From contig DATBGU010000075.1 in NCBI GenBank assembly GCA_036557825.1, positions 34,867 to 66,866 on the forward strand: a DNA stretch of 32,000 nt, written 5' to 3'. This document shows, piece by piece, positions 1-6,501 of the stretch; the stretch's first letter is position 1, and every line of letters begins with the position of its first letter. The notes beneath the pieces were generated by a model. That model was not told where the DNA came from. It did no database searches and worked only from the letters and a program-made list of their open reading frames with translations. Position numbers and translations under genes: made by a program. The stretch comes from Gemmataceae bacterium. GTDB taxonomy: Bacteria > Planctomycetota > Planctomycetia > Gemmatales > Gemmataceae.

Positions 1-2583
1 CTGTGGAGCCTGAAGGACCGCGACGCGCGCGATCTCGTCGGGCACCTTGTGCTGGCGAGCCAGGGACCGCTGCTGGTTGTGCCGTCGCTGGATGAACTCG
101 TGGACGGCAGCGTCGTGCGGCCGTTGACCGGCAGCGAAGAGACGCAGGTCAGCGCGCTGCTGGAAGAGGCGGCGCGTGCGCCGCGGACGCGGCCCCTGTC
201 GCAAGTGAAACGTGCGCCGGCAACGGCCGAGATGCCGGTGCTGGAGATACCGCAACCGCCGTCCTCGGTGCTGGTGGCTGAGCCGGCCACGGAGACGGCA
301 ACGCATCCGACGGCGCTCGAACCGACCACGCCCGCGTTGCCGCGCTTGCCGCCGCCGCTACCACACTCCGGGCGGCACAGTTCGGCGGACCTCGCGCTCG
401 CATCCCTCCCGGTGGATGCGCCGAAGGGAGCTTGGGATCTGACCCGATTGAGTGATCCGCTCGTTTCGATCCTGTCTCGTCCGGGTTGGCTGGCCGTGCT
501 GGGAGGGGTGGCCCTGCTCAGCTTCGTGGTCGTCAACGTGCTGGTGTGGGCCTCCCTCAAGCCCAAGCCGCGGGGTCCATCCGTCGCGCAACCGCGCTTG
601 CAGTCCATCGACGACGTGATTGTCAAAGGAGGGCACCGCCACGAAGTCCTCCTGACCGTCGAGCGCAACGAGTGTGAGGAGCCGCTGACAATTCAGGTGC
701 ACGGCCTTCCGCCCGATATGCCCGCGCCGCCACTGACGCTCAAGCCGGACCAGGAATCGGTTCCTCTGCCGCTGCTGGCCCCGCTGGGCGTCGAATTGCC
801 GCCGCGCGAGATAATCGTCTCGCTGTGGCGCGGCGACCAGAAGATCGAGGAGCAGCATTTTCAGTTCTCGGTGCGGAAGACGCCGCGACCGATCTTGCAC
901 AAACCGGACAACATCGTGTGCCCGGCCGGCACTTCGTTCGATTTCACTGGCCGCGTTGATCGCAACGGCTGCGAGGAGCCGCTGGTCGTGGAGTTCGCGG
1001 GGTTGAAAGGGGTTCGGCAGGAGAAGTTGCCGTCCGCGAACGCCGACTCGCCGCGCGTGCGGCTGATTGTGCCGGCGGACACCCCGCCCGCCGAACTGGT
1101 TCCGCTCAATTTGGTGCTGCGCGTGGCGGACACGGTCGCCGACACCAAGGCGCTGTTTCTCAGCATCAAGGAAGCACCGCCTCGGATCGGCAAGGAAGTA
1201 GCCTCTCGCTTCAAAATCGAGAAAGCGCCCGAAACACTGTCCGTCAAGGCGGGCGAGAAGAAGGAGTTGGCGATTTCGCTGGCACGGGGAGATTACAAAG
1301 GTCCGGTCGAAGTTCGCTTAGAGGATCTGCCGTCCGGCGTGAAGGCCGCGCCCGTCACGGTCTCCGCCGAATCGTCCTCAGCGGTCGTTGTCGTCGAGGC
1401 CGCGACGGATGCCGAGACGGGCGACTATGCGGTGAAGGTGCGGGCCGTGCCGGGCGAGCATCAACTCGACGAGCGGACGTTTGAACTACAGGTGGAGAAG
1501 GCCGATCCACCGGAGGCAGCGGCGAACGGCGGGCCGCGTTGGAAGCGCGTCACGTTCAGCACGGTGGACCATGTGGAATTGGTCGGCTCGCTGTACGCCG
1601 GGTCCAAGGGCAAAAAAGGGGCGACGGTGCTGATGCTGCACGATCTCGGCCGCGGACACGACCGCAAGGAGCGCGGCTGGACGCGCTTGGCCGAGGCGCT
1701 GCAAGCCGAGGGACACACCGTTCTGACCTTCGATTTTCGCGGCCACGGCGAGAGCATTCGCGTTCCTCGCAAGTTCTGGGAGAGCGCCGTCAACAGCAAC
1801 TTTCCCATCGTTCGCCAGACCCGACCGCAAGACGGCTTGCCCGAACGCATCAAGTTCGCCGACTTTCCCCCCGATTACCTGCCCTGGCTGATACACGACA
1901 TTGCCGCCGCCCGCAACTTCCTCGATTTGCGCCACGACGACGCCGACGGCCCCATCAATACGTTCAACATGGTTGTCATCGGCGCCGGCCAGGGGGCCGC
2001 CCTCGGCACGCTCTGGCTGGCCTCGGAAGGAGTGCGTTTCAACGCCGTGGGCGACGTATTCAAGATGGAGCCCTTGGGGTGGGAGAAGAAGAGCGTTCTG
2101 CGGGCCGTCTGGATCGGAATGTCGGGCAAGCTGGGCCGGATCGACGTGCGTGGTTGGATTCGCCAGGCACACCAGGCGCCGGTGGTGCCGGTCGCCTTCG
2201 TCTACGGTGACAGCGACCAGAGGACATCTCAGTTTTTAAAGCCGTTGCTCAAAGACGGCGTAATCGAGGAAACCGTCACGCCCAAAACGGCTCTGTCGGG
2301 AGAGCGTTTGCTCGACCCGGACTCCGAAGCGGCCGAAGTCATTCGGTCGTACCTCGTGAACACGCTGGGGGCAATTCGGCCGCAGCCGTGGGCGCGGCGT
2401 CAAATCAAAAGGCTCTGGTCCTACTGGGTGTTTGCGCCTCAGAAAAAGGGGTCTCCCGAGTTCTACCTGGCCAAAAAGCCCGAAGAGGTGATGCTGTCGT
2501 TCGTGCCGTTGGAACGCTTTGACATCACGATCGCGGGCATGCAGCCGCAAAAGCCGCTCATGCTGGGCATGCCGGGCCGGTAA
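1..2583 (+). CDS. Large single-pass membrane protein, probably 5'-truncated by the window edge. It has three ~90-aa tandem repeat modules and a C-terminal alpha/beta-hydrolase-fold domain with a degenerate catalytic triad.
   Basis: The frame is open from nt 1, with no stop before the GTG at 49 used by the ORF track. TM helix WLAVLGGVALLSFVVVNVLVWASL. Three repeats at ~nt 604-1492 (ERNECEEPLTIQVHGLP / DRNGCEEPLVVEFAGLKG / RGDYKGPVEVRLEDLPSG). Alpha/beta-hydrolase signature ATVLMLHDLG...GHTVLTFDFRGHGES. TAA stop at 2581-2583. Confidence 0.7.
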   Translation: MWSLKDRDARDLVGHLVLASQGPLLVVPSLDELVDGSVVRPLTGSEETQVSALLEEAARAPRTRPLSQVKRAPATAEMPVLEIPQPPSSVLVAEPATETATHPTALEPTTPALPRLPPPLPHSGRHSSADLALASLPVDAPKGAWDLTRLSDPLVSILSRPGWLAVLGGVALLSFVVVNVLVWASLKPKPRGPSVAQPRLQSIDDVIVKGGHRHEVLLTVERNECEEPLTIQVHGLPPDMPAPPLTLKPDQESVPLPLLAPLGVELPPREIIVSLWRGDQKIEEQHFQFSVRKTPRPILHKPDNIVCPAGTSFDFTGRVDRNGCEEPLVVEFAGLKGVRQEKLPSANADSPRVRLIVPADTPPAELVPLNLVLRVADTVADTKALFLSIKEAPPRIGKEVASRFKIEKAPETLSVKAGEKKELAISLARGDYKGPVEVRLEDLPSGVKAAPVTVSAESSSAVVVVEAATDAETGDYAVKVRAVPGEHQLDERTFELQVEKADPPEAAANGGPRWKRVTFSTVDHVELVGSLYAGSKGKKGATVLMLHDLGRGHDRKERGWTRLAEALQAEGHTVLTFDFRGHGESIRVPRKFWESAVNSNFPIVRQTRPQDGLPERIKFADFPPDYLPWLIHDIAAARNFLDLRHDDADGPINTFNMVVIGAGQGAALGTLWLASEGVRFNAVGDVFKMEPLGWEKKSVLRAVWIGMSGKLGRIDVRGWIRQAHQAPVVPVAFVYGDSDQRTSQFLKPLLKDGVIEETVTPKTALSGERLLDPDSEAAEVIRSYLVNTLGAIRPQPWARRQIKRLWSYWVFAPQKKGSPEFYLAKKPEEVMLSFVPLERFDITIAGMQPQKPLMLGMPGR

Positions 2584-2864
2584 AAAAGTCCTCTTGCTTC
2601 GTATCGGCCAAATCGGGTAGAAGAGTTCCGCACGCCTCGGAGGTGAGAAGGAATCTCGCGGCAATTCGAGGGCCAATACGGTAGGGAAACCGAACTCTGG
2701 TGGGCGTCCAGCCCATGCACACAACTCTGTTTGCGCACCTTCGCTCTTTCCTCGCACACCGTTGTGTGAGTCCGCTGGAGTTATCCCCCCGCTCGGGGGG
2801 CGCCGCTCGGGCAGCGGTGCGTTCTCCTCCGGCATCCCCCGGTTTGCTGTAGCGAGAGAGACCC

Positions 2865-3140
2865 ATGCCTGTTCTTTCCGATCGCATCCACCAACCCAAT
2901 CCCATTCCCGCCGACCTGACGCCGTTTCGTCAGATGGTCGATCGTCGTCTGTGCATCGCTCAGAAAGGGCTGGACGAGGCACGGCAGCACCTGGCGGCCG
3001 GCCAGGCTCAAGACGTCGATCTGGTCCTGGAGAAAATCGACGAGGATTTGCACCTGCTGCGCCGCCGTCTGAGCAGCGAGACGGAGCGGCGACCGACCGT
3101 GCTGTACGGTCGCCCCGACGCGATCAGCGAAGCCAATTGA
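2865..3140 (+). CDS. Small hypothetical protein (91 aa, predicted helical)
   Basis: ATG-initiated ORF with G/C- or T-ending codons typical of the flanking genes. The overlapping alternatives (2762..3250 +, 2781..3053 -) are Arg-rich shadow frames. The stop lies 4 nt before a 26-bp-arm perfect hairpin. I recognised no family. Confidence 0.5.
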   Translation: MPVLSDRIHQPNPIPADLTPFRQMVDRRLCIAQKGLDEARQHLAAGQAQDVDLVLEKIDEDLHLLRRRLSSETERRPTVLYGRPDAISEAN

Positions 3141-3144
3141 TGTG

Positions 3145-3205
3145 TACCAGCCCGAAGCGCCAGCGAGGGCTAAGGGACCGCCCTCGCTGGCGCTTCGGGC
3201 TGGTA
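3145..3205. repeat. Perfect GC-rich palindrome (family 1, copy A). Candidate bidirectional terminator or REP-like element between convergent genes.
   Basis: Arms 3145-3170 (TACCAGCCCGAAGCGCCAGCGAGGGC) and 3180-3205 are exact reverse complements, with a 9-nt loop TAAGGGACC. It lies 4 nt after the stop at 3140 and 4 nt before the minus-strand stop at 3210. There is no flanking T/U tract. Confidence 0.85.
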
Positions 3206-3209
3206 TCGA

Positions 3210-4388
3210 TTAACGGCGCGACCCCGCTTGCAAATCCAGCAAATTCATGATGATGGACTGCTCCAACTCGCTGGGCTTGAACCCGAACGGCCCGCGACCA
3301 CCCTTGTACACCACGCTTCCATCGCGGCTGACGAGGTAGAGACGATCGGGCATGCCGCTGTAGAGATGACCGACGCGATCGTTCACGCCGTCCACGACCA
3401 GCGGAATCGTCATCTTCAGCGTTTGACAGCAGCGCGCGGCCACGGTCGTTCGCTCGGTGTCGGTCTTCGGCTGGACGATCTCGATGCCGTCGCGGTCGTT
3501 GGAGTCCATGCGCCAGCCGTCAATGGGATGCGCCTCGCGGACGTAGACGCCGAGGAACTGCACGCGGTCGCCGTAGCGGCGCTTCAATTCTTCCAAGGCC
3601 CCAAACTGGGACCGATACGGCCCTCAGGTGAAGCTGCCGAAGATTAGCACCACCGGCTTCTTGCCGCGGAAGCGCGACAGGGTGATGGCCTTGGTATCGT
3701 CGAACGTCCGCAGCGTGAAATCGGGAGCGAGCCGGCCGACCGACGGTCCCTCGTGGAACGAGCCGATTTCGCCCTCGAACAGTCCCTTGAGCAGAATTTG
3801 CGGCGACGGCATGCCTCCTCCCGGATTCTTCGACGGCGGAGGCGGCGGGGGAAACAGCAGGGCGTGCAGTTCCTCGCGCGACAGCGAATCCTTGCCCTTG
3901 GCCGCTTTCTTGAACATCTCCTGCCACTCGGCGGCGGTGATCTTCTCATCGTGATCGGCGTCGCTGCGGCGGAAGAACGGGTTGACGATCCGCATTTGCC
4001 GGTTGAGCGGCGCGTCGTCGGACCAGTCGAAATCGGCGCGCGTGAGCCGGCCGTCGTGATCGCGGTCGAGGCGGTCGAACAACTCGTCCGGCCCGGTGAA
4101 CTCCTGTTTGCTGATATTGCCGTCGCCGTCCTTGTCCATGCGTTCGGCTAGCCATTTCAGACCGTAGGCGCTCTGGCCGGGATGGAACCAGCCCATGTCG
4201 CCGGAAGAGGGCGGCTGCCCGCTGGCGATGGCGCCGAGCATCTGCGCCGCTTCCACCTGGCGCAGCCAGCTGAGCGTCGGTGGCAGAAACTCGCGCGGTG
4301 CGGCTTTCTTCGGCGGCGCAGCCCGGCTGGCGGAAATCGCAACGGCCAGGAGGAGGCAGGCCCCGAGACATCTTGCAAAAAAGGACAT
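3210..4388 (-). CDS. Secreted EF-hand / iodothyronine-deiodinase-like (thioredoxin-fold) selenoprotein candidate. The in-frame TGA at 3624-3626 is read as selenocysteine (392 aa, U at residue 255).
   Basis: ORFs 3624..4388 and 3210..3596 are in the same frame (4388-3596 = 792 = 3x264), with only TGA plus 9 sense codons between them. The joined sequence reads APDFTLRTF..GKKPVVLIFGSFT-U-GPYRSQFGALEELKRRYG..VYVREAHP...GMPDRLYLVSRDGSVVYKGGRGPFGFKPSELE. This matches the deiodinase-family FGSxT(U/C)xP(F/Y) active site and the C-terminal ERLY...Y.GG.GP.G motif. N-terminal signal peptide MSFFARCLGACLLLAVAISASRA. Three EF-hand loops (DKDGDGNISKQE, DRDHDGRLTRAD, DADHDEKITAAE). AGGAG lies 7 nt upstream of the ATG at 4388. 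The downstream ORF alone would need a TTG start with no RBS. Confidence 0.75.
3597..3613 (-). promoter_or_regulatory. Candidate bacterial SECIS hairpin downstream of the in-frame UGA
   Basis: The mRNA reads UGA-GGGCCGUAUC-GGUCCCA-GUU-UGGGGCC. This gives a 7-bp stem (one G:U pair) with a GUU apical loop, starting 10 nt after the UGA. The loop lies ~17 nt downstream of the UGA. This agrees with the bacterial SECIS geometry I recall (apical loop with G/U, roughly 16-37 nt after the UGA). A competing hairpin, GGGCCG-UAU-CGG(U)CCC, forms immediately after the UGA. Confidence 0.4.
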
Positions 4389-4427
4389 GGTTTATCTCCT
4401 ATTCGTATCATTCTGCGTCGTTTCCCC

Positions 4428-4490
4428 CAACTAGCCCGGAGCGCCAGCTACGGGGTACTTCCGCCCGTCGCTGGCGCTCCGGGCTAGTTG
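4428..4490. repeat. Perfect GC-rich palindrome (family 1, copy B, diverged)
   Basis: Arms 4428-4448 (CAACTAGCCCGGAGCGCCAGC) and 4470-4490 are exact reverse complements. The 21-nt spacer can add ~5 more base pairs. It lies 12 nt downstream of the stop of the 4503..6407 gene and upstream of the selenoprotein gene. Confidence 0.85.
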
Positions 4491-4502
4491 GAGAAGGCAG
4501 CC

Positions 4503-6407
4503 TCATTTCGCCCCTTGCTTGATCGTGTGCTCCTTGTCGATGCCCAGTTTGTCGAGATCGGCTTTCTCCAGGACGGTCTTGCCGCCGTCCTTGCCGGGCC
4601 AGTAAATCGTGAGGCGATCAATCTTCGTGGTCTCACCGAGTCCGAACGTCACGGTCAGTTCGCTCTGGCTGAGATACCCGCGTGCGGCGGCGACCTCGCG
4701 GCGCTGCTCGATGCCGCCCGCTTGCAGGATGACGCGCGCGCCGATGGCGCTGCGGTTGGAGCGCACACCGTCGCCCTCCAGACGTAGACGAATCCAGTGA
4801 TTGCCGAGCTTATTGTCGTTGCGGAGGACATGGGCGGGACCGCCGTTGCCGACCAGAATCACATCGAGATCGCCGTCGCCGTCGAGGTCGGCGTAGGCGC
4901 TGCCGCGACCGACGAGCGGCTGGAACAGATCGGTGCCGGCCGCTTCCGCCGTCACTTCCTCGAAGCCCTGGTCCTTCCTGCTCCAGAAAAGTTGCGGCGG
5001 CTGAGCGTACTTCTGGCCCGCCTGCAACTTGCTGATACCGGGATCGAGATGGCCGTTGTTCGTCAAAAAATCGAGCCGGCCGTCGAGATCGTAGTCGAAG
5101 AAGAACGTCCCGAACTTGAGCAGCACGCGGCTCGGCCCGGCGATGTACTCGCTCCGTGCGACTTCCGAGAACTCCAGTCCTTTCGGATCGTCCTGGCAGA
5201 GGAAGGTGTTCGGTTCATCGGCGAAATTGCCGATCAGTACGGCATTGCAGCCGGGACGATAGCAGGGTCCCCAGTCGATGCCCATCGCCCCACGGACGTT
5301 GCCGTCCACGTAGGCGACGCCGGCGTAGGTGCCCTTCTCCTTGAAGACGCGGCCGCCGTCGGGCGCGGGCTGATTGTGGAACAGGAAATTGCGCACCGTG
5401 TCGTTGGCGACGAGGATGTCCGGCCAGCCGTCCTCGTCGGCGTCGCAGACGATGACACCCAGCGATTTGCCCACCGGCCGTAAGGGCGCATTGGGATCGA
5501 TGCCCTGCGCCTCGATGACCTCTACGCCGGACTCTTTCGACACGTCCTTGAATTTGCCTCCGCCCTCGTTGCGGTAGAGGAAACACACCGCGCCATCGAA
5601 CTGCTTGGGTTGAGCGTAAGTGCGCTCCCTGCCGTCAATCTTGGAGCCGATGGCGAGGTCGTAGGCCGGCGACCAGCGGACGTAATTGCACACGAACAGG
5701 TCGAGCTTGCCGTCGCCGTCGTAGTCGAGGAACGAGGACGACGTGGAAAAGCACAGCGGTTTCTCCGATTTGAAGAAATCGGGAAGCACGATGTTCGGCC
5801 AGCCGCCCGGTCCGCCGACGCCCGCCGTCTCCGTCGCGTCCTTGAACTTGCCGCCCTCGTTGCGGAAGAGGCGGTTGCCGCCGACGCCGGTGACGAACAC
5901 GTCGGTCCAACCGTCGTTGTCGTAGTCGCCGACCGTCGCGCCCATACCGTACATGGTGACGGCCAGGCCCGCCTCCTTGGTCACGTCCTTGAACTTGCCG
6001 CCGCCCTCATTGTGATAGAGGGCCAGGGTCGGCTTCGCCGCCCCGGTCTTCTCCTGACCGGGCCAAGGGCAAGCGTTGACGAACAGAACATCGGGCTTTT
6101 TGTCGTTGTCGAAGTCGAGGATGGCGACGCCGCCGCACATCGTCTCGGGCAGCAGTTTTTTCGGGGTGGCGCCGTTGTCATGCACGAAGCGAAACCCGGC
6201 GTCCTCGGTGATGTCGGTGAAGAGAACGTGCGGCACGGGAACGGTTTTGCGATGGTGTGGATCGCCGGTCTCGCCCACTATCTTTGGAGGCTGAACGACG
6301 CTAAACACGCCAAGATAGTGCAGCGTTGCCAGAGTGGCGCCGCCCAGCAGAAGGACGCCGCCCACGAACCAGGCGATCGAAGAGGCTTTACAAGAACACA
6401 GAGACAT
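4503..6407 (-). CDS. Membrane-anchored FG-GAP/VCBS repeat protein with a C-terminal ASPIC/UnbV domain (CRTAC1 family)
   Basis: Repeated Ca-binding-type loops: DFDNDKKPDVLFVN, DYDNDGWTDVFVTG, DYDGDGKLDLFVCN, DADEDGWPDILVAND, DYDLDGRLDFL, DLDGDGDLDVILVGNGG. ASPIC/UnbV-like tail: GNHWIRLRLEG...SNRSAIGARV...GYLSQSELTVTFGLG. I chose the ATG at 6407 (GGAG 6 nt upstream). The ORF-track GTG at 6434 lies inside palindrome C. Confidence 0.85.
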   Translation of the reverse strand: MSLCSCKASSIAWFVGGVLLLGGATLATLHYLGVFSVVQPPKIVGETGDPHHRKTVPVPHVLFTDITEDAGFRFVHDNGATPKKLLPETMCGGVAILDFDNDKKPDVLFVNACPWPGQEKTGAAKPTLALYHNEGGGKFKDVTKEAGLAVTMYGMGATVGDYDNDGWTDVFVTGVGGNRLFRNEGGKFKDATETAGVGGPGGWPNIVLPDFFKSEKPLCFSTSSSFLDYDGDGKLDLFVCNYVRWSPAYDLAIGSKIDGRERTYAQPKQFDGAVCFLYRNEGGGKFKDVSKESGVEVIEAQGIDPNAPLRPVGKSLGVIVCDADEDGWPDILVANDTVRNFLFHNQPAPDGGRVFKEKGTYAGVAYVDGNVRGAMGIDWGPCYRPGCNAVLIGNFADEPNTFLCQDDPKGLEFSEVARSEYIAGPSRVLLKFGTFFFDYDLDGRLDFLTNNGHLDPGISKLQAGQKYAQPPQLFWSRKDQGFEEVTAEAAGTDLFQPLVGRGSAYADLDGDGDLDVILVGNGGPAHVLRNDNKLGNHWIRLRLEGDGVRSNRSAIGARVILQAGGIEQRREVAAARGYLSQSELTVTFGLGETTKIDRLTIYWPGKDGGKTVLEKADLDKLGIDKEHTIKQGAK

Positions 6408-6432
6408 GGAGGACTCCGAATAAGGTTCATCC

Positions 6433-6483
6433 ACCAGCCCGAAGCGCCAGCGAGGGCGGCCCTCGCTGGCGCTTCGGGCTGGT
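6433..6483. repeat. Perfect GC-rich palindrome (family 1, copy C)
   Basis: Arms 6433-6456 and 6460-6483 are exact reverse complements with a 3-nt loop. They share an identical 25-nt core, ACCAGCCCGAAGCGCCAGCGAGGGC, with copy A. It lies 18 nt downstream of the stop of the 6502..9675 gene. Confidence 0.85.
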
Positions 6484-6501
6484 AGAGTTCATTGAAGGCG
6501 C

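Noticed and set aside
2584-2864. A 281-nt intergenic region scanned for a riboswitch, tRNA or small RNA
   Set aside because: It contains only short GC stems (e.g. CCCCCC-GCTC-GGGGGG at ~2795-2810, CCGCT..AGCGG). I could recognise no conserved RNA motif, and short stems are expected by chance at this GC content.
3210-4388. Reading 3210..3596 and 3624..4388 as two separate genes, or as a nonsense-mutated pseudogene
   Set aside because: The downstream ORF has only a TTG start and no RBS. The stop is TGA, located exactly at the conserved Cys/Sec position of the fold, and both halves stay in frame with family motifs intact on each side. A pseudogene cannot be fully excluded without checking for Sec machinery in the genome.
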